Source: an uncultured Actinomycetes bacterium (GTDB lineage Bacteria > Actinomycetota > Actinomycetes > UBA12327). Taken from it: a stretch of 62,333 bases of DNA. Below, piece after piece: positions 38,987 to 47,680 of the stretch (its first letter is position 1; every line of letters begins with the position of its first letter). Location of the stretch: positions 1-62,333 of the forward strand of contig CAIXNN010000056.1 of NCBI GenBank assembly GCA_903920865.1, read 5' to 3'. A model generated the notes under the pieces. The model did no database searches. It was not told the DNA's origin and was given only the letters and a program-made list of their open reading frames with translations. The translations under genes and the position numbers were made by a program.

Positions 38987-40447
38987 ATGGCCAAGGGGTG
39001 GGAAGATAGGCCGGTGGATCCGACGAGCAGTGGTGCGCCAAGAGTACGCGAATCTGAGTCCACCCAATCATGGCAACGGGCCCGGGCCGTTGAACTTGTG
39101 CTTGCGGACGCGGTCGTTGTTGGCTTTTCTATGGTTTTGGCTTATTACGTACGCTTCGGCTCGATCGGCGATGTTTCTCCCGTCAGTTACGGCGCGGTGG
39201 CAGCCCTGTTGTGGGGCGCCTGGCTCGCGACCTTGGCTTACAGCCGCGTGTATGAAACGCGAATGCTGGGGATTGGCACCGAGGAATTCAGGCGCGTTAC
39301 ATCGGCCACCTTCCGCATCTTTGGCGTAGTGGCCATCGTTTCTTACCTCTTTAAAGTCGAAGTCGCGCGCGGGTTCATTGCGGTGGCATTGCCGCTTGGT
39401 TTTGCTTTGCTTGTGATTGTCCGCTTTATGTTTCGCCTTCGCCTGCAGTCCTCACGCCGTCAAGGTCTGAATTTGAATCGGGTGCTTGCCGTTGGGGACG
39501 CCTCTGGTGTGGACGAATTGGCTCGACAGATGCGTCAAGATGCGCACGCGGGTTTCGCGGTTATCGGAATGTGCGCCACGAGCCCCAATGAGGCCTCTGC
39601 AGATATTCCAGTCACCGGAACCGTTGAGGACATTGTTAGCGCAGCTCGCGCATGCGCAGCAGACACCGTGGCGATAACCGCTGGGATGTCGATGAGATCT
39701 GAGGGAGTTCGCCGGATCGCTTGGGCCCTTGAAGGCACCGATATTGACCTAGTTATCGCACCAGCTATTGCAGATGTTGCCGGACCGCGAATTACGATGC
39801 GTCCGGTCTCTGGACTTCCACTCATCTACGTTGATGAGCCCCAATTCACCGGGGGTCGCCGCGTCGTCAAACGAGCAGTTGACTTGGTTGGCAGCATTTT
39901 CGGCCTTGTAGTCCTCTCGCCCATCTTGCTCGTTGCGGCCATCGTTGTTGCCCTGACGAGCTCGGGCCCAGTGTTGTTCAAGCAGGCTCGCATTGGGCGA
40001 AGCGGGGATGAGTTCTTCTGTTGGAAATTCCGCTCGATGTATGAAGATGCACCACAGCGTCTTGCATCGGTGGCTTCGAGCAACGAAGCAGATGGTTTGC
40101 TTTTCAAAATTAAGGATGACCCTCGCATCACACCAGTGGGTCGATTCCTGCGACGCTCATCTATTGATGAACTTCCACAACTGATTAACGTGCTCGGCGG
40201 ATCGATGTCATTGGTTGGTCCGCGCCCGCTTGCTGTTGCAGGCGACGCCTTTCAAGGAGATGAGCGTCGACGGATGCTGGTGCGGCCAGGAATTACTGGA
40301 TTGTGGCAAGTCAGTGGTCGTCAAGAGCAGTCATGGGAAGAGGCCGTGCGCCTTGACCTTTATTACGTTGAGAACTGGTCGCTATCGCTGGATGTAGCAA
40401 TCTTGCTGCGCACCTTGCTTGCTGTCCTTCGTGGCGGCGGGGCCTAG
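38987..40447 (+). CDS. Polyprenyl-phosphate glycosyl-1-phosphate transferase (WbaP/EpsB-type priming enzyme)
   Basis: N-terminal TM bundle, a central Rossmann-like domain, and the C-terminal bacterial sugar transferase motifs KFRSM, DELPQLINVLGGSMSLVGPRP. Confidence 0.9.
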   Translation: MAKGWEDRPVDPTSSGAPRVRESESTQSWQRARAVELVLADAVVVGFSMVLAYYVRFGSIGDVSPVSYGAVAALLWGAWLATLAYSRVYETRMLGIGTEEFRRVTSATFRIFGVVAIVSYLFKVEVARGFIAVALPLGFALLVIVRFMFRLRLQSSRRQGLNLNRVLAVGDASGVDELARQMRQDAHAGFAVIGMCATSPNEASADIPVTGTVEDIVSAARACAADTVAITAGMSMRSEGVRRIAWALEGTDIDLVIAPAIADVAGPRITMRPVSGLPLIYVDEPQFTGGRRVVKRAVDLVGSIFGLVVLSPILLVAAIVVALTSSGPVLFKQARIGRSGDEFFCWKFRSMYEDAPQRLASVASSNEADGLLFKIKDDPRITPVGRFLRRSSIDELPQLINVLGGSMSLVGPRPLAVAGDAFQGDERRRMLVRPGITGLWQVSGRQEQSWEEAVRLDLYYVENWSLSLDVAILLRTLLAVLRGGGA

Positions 40448-40471
40448 CCACTGTTGGTGAGCATCAATGGG

Positions 40472-41965
40472 TTAGCGGGTAAAGAGCCCGCGCTTCTTTT
40501 TTGGATCCACCGGACTCGCAGTTCGAGGAGCTGATTGCGCGGATGAGGATGCGCTTTCACTCTTGGCCGGCGCCTCTTCTTGCAGGCGAGACAGGCTGGA
40601 GAGTTCGCGCATCAGTGCTGCACTGTCAATGTTTCGGGAGAAGAATTCGGTTGGGCTAGTAGACGCGGTGGCTTCGGGCACCGAAGGTTCAGGGGCTAGT
40701 TCGGCTGCTGTGATCGCAGGTGCATCAGCGACCGAATCAGCTTCACGATTAAGCACTGTCAGCAGCGAAGTCAGCTCAAAGCGAGACTCGTGGATTTCTT
40801 CAGGAGTGGGTGCTGATTCGACAGGTACATGAACCACGGTCGGTTGTGCCGGTTCAATGAAGACGACAGGTTCGAGTTCGGTGTCTGCGAAATCAGTAAA
40901 CACGTGGGTGGGTTCAGCTGCGACAGGCTCGAACACAGTGGTGTGAACAATCTCTGGTTCAGCAATGACTACTTCGGTGAAGATCTGCTCGGCAACGACG
41001 GGTTCTGCGACCACGGGTTCTGCGACCACGGGTTCTGCGACCACGGGTTCTGCGACCACGGGTTCTGCAATGACTACTTCGGTAAAGATCTGCTCGGCAA
41101 CGACGGGTTCTGTGACGGCTGGTTCTACGACCACTGGTTCTACGACCACGGCTGGCTCATCGGCCACAATGTCCTGGTCGAGCTCAACGGGCTTGGGCAA
41201 CTGATCAAGCACGATGACCGGTGGAGCAAGGATCGCCGGTCCCGCGATGGTGTCCTCGGAAATGATGGTGGCAAGGTTTTCCTTGATCAAGCTCACGAGA
41301 AGTTCAGCGGCTTCAAGGGTGGTAAACCCGCACTCGTCGGCCAAATCAACCACTGTGTGGTGACCATCAATTTTGCAAAGGATCGCCCATTGTTGGTGTG
41401 TCAATGTTTGAGCGCGATCAGCAACCTCTGCAACTAGTCGTGCGACTACATCTTCGGAACCCAAATAGGACAGGGCCTTAGTCCATCGCTTGCGACGCTC
41501 GCGCACTCGCTTGAGCAGTTGCACAAGATCTTGGGACTGAACGTCGTGGCGCGTGCGATCGCCGTTACGAAATTCTGAGGTGGCAATACTCCAGTCGACC
41601 ACACTGTCCAACATGTCGTGGAGTTGTTCGCCAATAAAGTCATCAATGACTTCATGATTGACATAACCAAGGTGTACAAGTAACTCGCCAAGCCTCCACC
41701 CTTGAAGTTCAGTGCGCTGCATTTCAAGAGCTTCCCCGAGGGCTTGCGTAGTTAAAACTCCCGATGAGACCATTCGGGAGCCAAGGAGCGCGCGACGACC
41801 TGGCACCGAAATTGTGTAGAGGCGACCGTCCCGCAGCCACATCGTGGCCATGTCATTGGACAGGTCGGTCACGGTCAAGGATCCGGTTGCATCCTGCGTG
41901 GCCAAATCCAAAAGCAAGGTTTCTAAAGCGGTGGGGGAATCAGGCAGACTGGAGTGTTGACTCAT
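40472..41965 (-). CDS. DUF4388 (PATAN-like) domain protein with acidic V-x-E-P repeat region
   Basis: The internal ATG is preceded by ggaaggaagg. The N-terminal pattern is LLLDLATQDATGSLTV...MWLRDGRLYTISV, with a second module WAILCKIDGHHTVVDLADECG. A (V/A)AEPV repeat tract follows, then a basic tail KKKRGLFTR. Confidence 0.75.
   Translation of the reverse strand: MSQHSSLPDSPTALETLLLDLATQDATGSLTVTDLSNDMATMWLRDGRLYTISVPGRRALLGSRMVSSGVLTTQALGEALEMQRTELQGWRLGELLVHLGYVNHEVIDDFIGEQLHDMLDSVVDWSIATSEFRNGDRTRHDVQSQDLVQLLKRVRERRKRWTKALSYLGSEDVVARLVAEVADRAQTLTHQQWAILCKIDGHHTVVDLADECGFTTLEAAELLVSLIKENLATIISEDTIAGPAILAPPVIVLDQLPKPVELDQDIVADEPAVVVEPVVVEPAVTEPVVAEQIFTEVVIAEPVVAEPVVAEPVVAEPVVAEPVVAEQIFTEVVIAEPEIVHTTVFEPVAAEPTHVFTDFADTELEPVVFIEPAQPTVVHVPVESAPTPEEIHESRFELTSLLTVLNREADSVADAPAITAAELAPEPSVPEATASTSPTEFFSRNIDSAALMRELSSLSRLQEEAPAKSESASSSAQSAPRTASPVDPKKKRGLFTR
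40962..41150. repeat. In-frame tandem repeats: 105-bp duplication containing 15-bp units
   Basis: gggttctgcgaccac occurs four times, perfect and contiguous (41000-41059), with degenerate copies on both sides. A 45-bp block, gcaatgactacttcggtRaagatctgctcggcaacgacgggttctg, occurs at 40962 and 41067. Confidence 0.95.
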
Positions 41966-42170
41966 GACTACCTTCCTTCCCGGCCAGACCTGAACCTGGG
42001 GACAAACTCCCCATGAGGTCTCTTCGGCAGAAATAGGAAAAAGATTGAGCACCCAGATGGGCCCTTTTCCGCCCCTTCCTAGGCAAAATATGGGCAATCT
42101 GGGTCCCGTGGGCCGCTGAGCTGGCTCAGGCGTGACACGATGTGCCTACAGACATGGGCAGGGAGGTCAC

Positions 42171-42701
42171 ATGACCGCACCAATGAGCGGTGGTCGCCGT
42201 CGGGTAGATCGGGTCCTGGCTGATGATTTCTTGGCTGATCTGGCCACTGCGGACCTTGAAACCCTCAGCGCCAAGCGGGTTGACGCTGAGCAGGAAGAAG
42301 TTGACCTGTCTTATGTTCGTCGATTGATCCAAGGCCGAATTGATATTGCTGAAGCCGAGCAGCATCGTCGAGCCACCGGTGCGCAAGGTTCAATCATCGA
42401 CCAGCTGGCCAGCATCTTGGCAGACGACAATGCAACAACCACTGGAAGCGGTAGGCACATCAGTGCTGAGCCTTCTCGCTTGGATGAACACCGCCGGGTT
42501 GTTGAACGGGTCGTTTCTGATGTCCGCATGAGCGATGTGACTGTTCTTGATGATGAACAGTTGGTAAACGCGATTGATTTGTTGCGTCGTCACGAAGAGC
42601 ATGTGTCTAAACTTCGTCGAAGGGTGCAGCAGGTAGCTGATGGCCTTGCAGCTGAAATTGGTCGTCGAGTGGCTGCTGAATCTGGAGCTTCGTTTACTTA
42701 A
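42171..42701 (+). CDS. rsiG: RsiG-family anti-sigma factor (c-di-GMP-binding coiled coil)
   Basis: ATG preceded by gggagg. Two exact E(X)3S(X)2R(X)3Q(X)3D motifs are present: EVDLSYVRRLIQGRID (nt 42297-42344) and EEHVSKLRRRVQQVAD (nt 42594-42641). Confidence 0.75.
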   Translation: MTAPMSGGRRRVDRVLADDFLADLATADLETLSAKRVDAEQEEVDLSYVRRLIQGRIDIAEAEQHRRATGAQGSIIDQLASILADDNATTTGSGRHISAEPSRLDEHRRVVERVVSDVRMSDVTVLDDEQLVNAIDLLRRHEEHVSKLRRRVQQVADGLAAEIGRRVAAESGASFT

Positions 42702-42710
42702 GGAGAATTC

Positions 42711-43409
42711 GTGTCGGCTCAGTTGCCTTTGGCCCGCCGCGCACTAGCCGAATTCGTCGCAACCGCATTCCTTGTTGCCGCCGTGGTTGGTTCTGGAATT
42801 GCTGCACAAACCTTGAGCCCCAACGACGTGGGCTTGCAACTTCTTGAAAACACCATTGCCACGGCAGGGGCCCTGTTTGCCATCATCGTTACCTTCGCAC
42901 CGATCAGTGGCGCGCACCTTAACCCAGTGGTGACTGTCGTGGACTGCTTCTTCAAACGCCGACCGTGGGCCGATGCAACCGCCTACATCCCGGCGCAAAT
43001 TCTTGGCGCCATCTGCGGAGCTGTCATCGCCAATGCAATGTTCGCGCGCGCGGCACTTGAGTTTTCGACGAAGGATCGAAGCGGTGCGAACATCTACTTC
43101 GCAGAGGTTGTAGCAACCCTGGGCCTAGTACTTGTGATCTTCTTGCTGGTTCGAACAGGTCGAGCGGGCGAACATCCACTTGCTGTACCGGCAGCCGTTG
43201 CCGGTTACATCACGGCTGCGTACTGGTTCACCAGTTCAACCTCTTTTGCCAACCCGGCCGTGACGATCGGGCGTGCCTTCAGCAATTCATTTGCCGGGAT
43301 CGCACCATCAAGCGTTACCCCTTTTGTCATCGCGCAATGCGTTGGCGCTGTCTTGGCGGTTGGACTATTGCTGGTCCTAGCGCCCGCACCGGAGAAGACC
43401 AATGACTGA
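42711..43409 (+). CDS. MIP-family channel (aquaglyceroporin-like)
   Basis: 232 aa, 6 TM segments, SGAHLNPVVT (NPV) and FANPAVTIGR (NPA) half-helix motifs. Confidence 0.88.
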   Translation: MSAQLPLARRALAEFVATAFLVAAVVGSGIAAQTLSPNDVGLQLLENTIATAGALFAIIVTFAPISGAHLNPVVTVVDCFFKRRPWADATAYIPAQILGAICGAVIANAMFARAALEFSTKDRSGANIYFAEVVATLGLVLVIFLLVRTGRAGEHPLAVPAAVAGYITAAYWFTSSTSFANPAVTIGRAFSNSFAGIAPSSVTPFVIAQCVGAVLAVGLLLVLAPAPEKTND

Positions 43410-43818
43410 CCAAATTCCCAACGCGAGACCGACTATTTTGGTGGCCTGTCGAAAGAATGCTGGTCGCTCACAAGCGGCAGCATCCATCATGCGACACCTT
43501 GCCGGGGACAAGGTCCTTGTGCTTTCAGGGGGATCAGAACCGGCAGGCAAGGTGCACGAGGAAGTTCGTCAGGTCTTAGCCGAACGCGGTTTAGGTGTTG
43601 AAGAGGTGCCCAAGGCCTTTGATGAGGCGATGGTTAAGTCCGCGGATGTGGTGGTCACGATGGGCTGTGGGGAAGAGTGCCCTTATTTCCCTGGCAAGCG
43701 CTACCTCGATTGGGAAGTTGAGGATCCACATAATCAAAGCGTTGAAAAGGTGCGGGCCATTGTTGATGACATTGAGCAGCGGGTGCGCTCACTTTTGAGC
43801 GAATTGGGTATTAGTTAG
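43402..43818 (+). CDS. arsC: LMW-PTP-fold arsenate reductase (ArsC-like)
   Basis: P-loop CRKNAGRS (CX5R-S), VVTMGCGEECPYFPG, and EDP as the catalytic acid region. 8-nt overlap with the MIP gene. Confidence 0.75.
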   Translation: MTDQIPNARPTILVACRKNAGRSQAAASIMRHLAGDKVLVLSGGSEPAGKVHEEVRQVLAERGLGVEEVPKAFDEAMVKSADVVVTMGCGEECPYFPGKRYLDWEVEDPHNQSVEKVRAIVDDIEQRVRSLLSELGIS

Positions 43819-43864
43819 TCGCGAGCCGCAATCCAGTTTACGAGATTTTCCGTATCCTTCATGT

Positions 43865-44185
43865 GTGGTCTTCTCAGCGCTTAACTCCCTGATTGGCATC
43901 ATCGGTCTTGTTACCTTGATCTTCAAGGTCTTTACTTTTATTGATTGCCTGACTCGTCGCGCCGAGTTGTTTCCAGCCGCGGGAAAGCAGACCAAGGTCT
44001 TCTGGTTGGTGATCTTGGGAATTGCCAGCGTGTGGAATTTCATTAACTCTTCGCCGATCGGCATCATTAATTTGATCGGAATCGTGGCGGCCTTGGTATA
44101 TGCGGTTGATGTGCGCCCGGCCCTGCGTGATCTCGGTGGTGGGCCTCGAGGTGGTTCAGGGTCAGGTTCAGCCACGGGTTGGTAG
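43865..44185 (+). CDS. DUF2516 family small membrane protein
   Basis: 106 aa, ...[28 protein letters not shown]..., at the usual position upstream of mshA. Confidence 0.75.
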   Translation: MVFSALNSLIGIIGLVTLIFKVFTFIDCLTRRAELFPAAGKQTKVFWLVILGIASVWNFINSSPIGIINLIGIVAALVYAVDVRPALRDLGGGPRGGSGSGSATGW

Positions 44186-44214
44186 TACCCGCTCACGTAG
44201 GGCACACTAAAGGC

Positions 44215-45510
44215 ATGGATTTTTCCGGCGTATCTCCTGTGCGCCCAACCCCTAAGCGGGTTGCCATGCTTTCGGTCCACTCCTCCCCACTTGATCAACC
44301 CGGTGTGGGCGATGCCGGTGGCATGAATGTCTATGTCGTGGAATTGTCCAGACGACTTGCAGCCATGGGCACTGAGGTAGAGATATTTACTCGGGCGACT
44401 TCGAGTGACCTAGCCCCCGTTGTCCAAATTAGTGATGGCGTCACAGTTCGCCATGTAACGGCCGGCCCATTTCAAGGCATGAATAAGGAAGACCTGCCCT
44501 CACAGTTGTGCGCGCTGACCTCCGGAGTCCTGCGAGCTGAAGCGGCCGTTGAGCGCGGTCATTACGACGTCATTCACTCCCACTATTGGCTCAGTGGCCA
44601 AGTGGGCTGGTTAGCCAAGGAGCGCTGGGGAGTTCCGCTGGTGCATTCCATGCACACCATGGCAAAAGTTAAGAACCTCGCACTTGCTGAAGGCGATGTT
44701 CCCGAACCAAATGCTCGAGAAATTGGCGAGGTGCAGGTCGTTGAAGCATCGGACCGCTTGGTTGCAAACACCAACGATGAAGCGCAGCAACTTATTGATC
44801 TTTATGGAGCAACGCAAGAACAAGTAGCCGTAGTTGCCCCTGGCGTGGACCTTGATCGTTTTCGACCAGGTAATAGAGATCAAGCGCGAGCGAAATTGGG
44901 GTTGCCGCTGCACGGTGATGTTGTGCTATTCGTTGGTCGCATTCAACCCCTCAAGGCACCTGACGTATTACTAAGAGCCATTGCGCGTTTGGTACAGCGC
45001 AATCCGCAACGTCGTCAAAACCTGACCATTGCTGTGGTGGGCGGACCCTCTGGAGCCGATAGCCACTTCCCTAATCACCTTCAGGGTTTAGCAGATTCGC
45101 TGCGCATTTCTGACAACGTTCGTTTTGCCCCGCCAGTGCATCAAGACGATTTGGCCAATTGGTATCGCGCAGCTGATGTAGTGGTTGTGCCCTCGTACAA
45201 CGAGTCCTTTGGCTTGGTGGCCATTGAAGCTCAGGCCTGCGGAACCCCCGTGGTTGCTGCCGCTGTTGGTGGCTTGCGTACTGCGGTCTCGCATGAGGTA
45301 TCTGGCTTGTTAGTTCCAGGGCATGATCCTTTGGATTACGCAGAGGCGATTGGGCGTTTACTCGACAATGATCTTGAGCGCCAAGCCTTAAGCCGTGGTG
45401 CGCTGCGCCAAGCCCAGCAATTTGGTTGGTCAGCCACCGCTGCTGCGATGCTCCAGGTTTACAGTTCAGCGGCGCATTCGCTTGCGTTGGTGAGTGCAAA
45501 TCACGCGTAA
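44215..45510 (+). CDS. mshA: D-inositol-3-phosphate glycosyltransferase (mycothiol biosynthesis)
   Basis: GT4 with [26 protein letters not shown] and [25 protein letters not shown]. Internal ATG chosen. Confidence 0.92.
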   Translation: MDFSGVSPVRPTPKRVAMLSVHSSPLDQPGVGDAGGMNVYVVELSRRLAAMGTEVEIFTRATSSDLAPVVQISDGVTVRHVTAGPFQGMNKEDLPSQLCALTSGVLRAEAAVERGHYDVIHSHYWLSGQVGWLAKERWGVPLVHSMHTMAKVKNLALAEGDVPEPNAREIGEVQVVEASDRLVANTNDEAQQLIDLYGATQEQVAVVAPGVDLDRFRPGNRDQARAKLGLPLHGDVVLFVGRIQPLKAPDVLLRAIARLVQRNPQRRQNLTIAVVGGPSGADSHFPNHLQGLADSLRISDNVRFAPPVHQDDLANWYRAADVVVVPSYNESFGLVAIEAQACGTPVVAAAVGGLRTAVSHEVSGLLVPGHDPLDYAEAIGRLLDNDLERQALSRGALRQAQQFGWSATAAAMLQVYSSAAHSLALVSANHA

Positions 45511-45559
45511 GTGCTTACTCAACGGCAACTTTGAGTTCTTCTCGCACTAGATTGTTTGG

Positions 45560-46084
45560 GTGGACTTAACCGCGAACCAACAGCAAGCTCTTGGGGTAGT
45601 ACGCGAAGTACTAGACCAGGCAGGGCTGGCCTTTGAACAACCAGAAGGTAACGCTTTTGTCGTTGCACTTCCGGGCGAGCACAAGTTGTCCACGCCGTGT
45701 GCTTTTGTCGTTGGCCAACACACCGTCTCGGTCAATGCATTTGTTGCCCGTAAACCAGATGAAAATCATGAAGAGGTCTACCGGCGCATATTGCAGCAGA
45801 ACCCTCGACTTTCAGGTATTGCTTTTGCTCTTGATCGTTTAGGCGATATTTACCTTGTTGGCCGAGTGCGTACGGACGTAGTGACCTCTGATCTCATTGA
45901 TGGCCTGCTGGGATCAGTGGCATCAGCGGCAGATTCGATTTTTGATCGGATCTTGGCTACCGGTTTTGAGTCATCAATCCGAAAAGAGTGGCAGTGGCGT
46001 CAGGCACAAGGCCAACCCACTGACAGTCTTGAGGCGTTTCGAACCCTGCTTAATCTTGATGTAGAAATCGAGATTGAGAACTGA
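45560..46084 (+). CDS. YbjN-domain protein (Rv0487-like)
   Basis: 174 aa with conserved placement between mshA and gpmA. The sequence pattern (FVVALPGEHKL.T......G.H.V...AFV) is from memory. Confidence 0.7.
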   Translation: MDLTANQQQALGVVREVLDQAGLAFEQPEGNAFVVALPGEHKLSTPCAFVVGQHTVSVNAFVARKPDENHEEVYRRILQQNPRLSGIAFALDRLGDIYLVGRVRTDVVTSDLIDGLLGSVASAADSIFDRILATGFESSIRKEWQWRQAQGQPTDSLEAFRTLLNLDVEIEIEN

Positions 46085-46121
46085 TTAGTGCGTGCTTGAA
46101 GCCTCTGCGAGAATGGACAAC

Positions 46122-46877
46122 ATGACACAGCCTGCAGCCACCTTGATTTTGTTACGCCACGGCGAAAGCGCCTGGAATGAGAAAAATCTGTTTACCGGTT
46201 GGGTAGATGTCGATCTCACCGAAAAGGGAGTTCTCGAGGGCCATCGAGCCGGCCAGCTTTTGAAAGATGCTGGAGTATTGCCGGAAGTTTTGCATACCTC
46301 ATTGCTAAAGCGTGCGATTCGCACCGCGAACCTCGCCCTTGAAGAGTGTGACCGCAGTTGGATCGGTGTTAGCCGCACGTGGAGGCTCAATGAGCGTCAC
46401 TACGGTGCGTTGCAGGGGATGGATAAGAAACAAACGTTGGACCAATTTGGCGAAGAGCAGTTCATGTTGTGGCGCCGTTCTTTTGATGTGCCGCCGCCGC
46501 CGATTGATCCCGACAATGAGTTCGCCCAAACCCATGATGTTCGCTACGCAGATCTTGACCCGGGCCAAGTCCCAGCTACAGAGTGTTTAAAGGATGTCAT
46601 CGTTCGGCTTAAGCCATATTGGGATCAAGCCATTGCCCCTGACCTCCTGGCCGGGAAAGTCACCATGATTGCCGCTCACGGAAATTCCTTGCGGGCCTTG
46701 GTCAAGCAGCTGGATTCAATCTCGGATGAGGACATTGCTGGTTTAAACATTCCAACCGGCATTCCGCTTGTGTATCAACTCAATGAAAAACTGGAACCAT
46801 TAGTTCCTGGTGGGGCTTATCTGGATCCGGCCGCGGCTCAAACGGCTATCAGTGCAGTCGCCAACCAAGGTCGGTAA
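46122..46877 (+). CDS. gpmA: 2,3-bisphosphoglycerate-dependent phosphoglycerate mutase
   Basis: [17 protein letters not shown] and AHGNSLRAL motifs. Confidence 0.95.
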   Translation: MTQPAATLILLRHGESAWNEKNLFTGWVDVDLTEKGVLEGHRAGQLLKDAGVLPEVLHTSLLKRAIRTANLALEECDRSWIGVSRTWRLNERHYGALQGMDKKQTLDQFGEEQFMLWRRSFDVPPPPIDPDNEFAQTHDVRYADLDPGQVPATECLKDVIVRLKPYWDQAIAPDLLAGKVTMIAAHGNSLRALVKQLDSISDEDIAGLNIPTGIPLVYQLNEKLEPLVPGGAYLDPAAAQTAISAVANQGR

Positions 46878-46890
46878 GAAGGCTAATGCC

Positions 46891-47517
46891 TTAAAAATCG
46901 TTGGACACTCGACGAGCTACCGAGACGGCATGGTCTGCGAAGCGTTCGTAGTAGCGGCTAATGAGCGTGACATCGATAGCGCCTTCGACGCCGTGTGACC
47001 ACGAGTCGTCAAGTAAGAGAGTAAAAAGTTTGCGGTGTAGGGAATCCATTCGGTCGTCATCTTTTTCAATTTGCTCAAACAGGGAGCCGTCGCGCGAGAC
47101 CAAAGCGCTTCCGGCTTTTTGGACAACGAGTTCAGCGATTTGACCCATCTCAAGCAACGTGCCGCGAAGTTCGGCTGGGATTGCGGATTCGGGGTAGCGC
47201 AGCCGAGCAATCTTCGCGATGTGGACGGCTAGGTCACCCATGCGCTCCAACGTCGCGGAAATTCGTAGGACTGCTACGACCAACCGAAGTTCACCGGCTA
47301 CGGGCGATTCCAACGCCAAAATACTGATCGCTTCGGCATCGAGAGCTTCACGTAATTCGTCGATGCGGTGGTCTGATGTGATGACCTTTTCGGCCATTTC
47401 AATGTCGGCGTCAAGCAAGGCATTGTTGGCTCGAGACATCGCAGAGGCCACGCGCCGGGTCATTTGCCCCAACTGTTCAACGAGTCCATCAAGACGCTCG
47501 TGGTACGCGGTCCTCAT
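46891..47517 (-). CDS. phoU: Phosphate signalling complex protein PhoU
   Basis: The internal ATG gives MRTAYHERLD..., with two PhoU repeats (ERMGDLAVHIA, ERFADHAVSVA). The upstream 206 codons of the track ORF are antisense to senX3 and are rejected. Confidence 0.9.
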   Translation of the reverse strand: MRTAYHERLDGLVEQLGQMTRRVASAMSRANNALLDADIEMAEKVITSDHRIDELREALDAEAISILALESPVAGELRLVVAVLRISATLERMGDLAVHIAKIARLRYPESAIPAELRGTLLEMGQIAELVVQKAGSALVSRDGSLFEQIEKDDDRMDSLHRKLFTLLLDDSWSHGVEGAIDVTLISRYYERFADHAVSVARRVSNDF

Positions 47518-47680
47518 TGGTGCCTCCAGTGGGTTTTCTGGCTTGATCTTAGCCCCGCCAAGAGTCATGAGCCTGCTTGAGTAAACATTCGTGGCTACTT
47601 GAGTGAATAAATGGGGAACCTTCTTGATCAATGCAGGGTGAGAAGCGATGGTCTGAGGATCTTGACCTACGCTGAGGTCT

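Noticed and set aside
40990-41075. A regularly spaced short repeat that could superficially resemble a CRISPR array.
   Set aside because: The units are contiguous 15-mers with no spacers. They are in frame within a CDS, and no cas genes are nearby.
40829-41437. Plus-strand 202-aa ORF with a striking GFCDH-GFCDH-GFCDH Cys/His repeat that looks like a metal-binding peptide. A sister frame at 40965-41204 gives TTGSA repeats.
   Set aside because: These are mirror-frame artefacts of the 15-bp repeat. The minus-strand frame is continuous with a recognisable DUF4388 N-terminal domain and has a strong RBS, whereas the plus-strand ORF has no domain outside the repeat.
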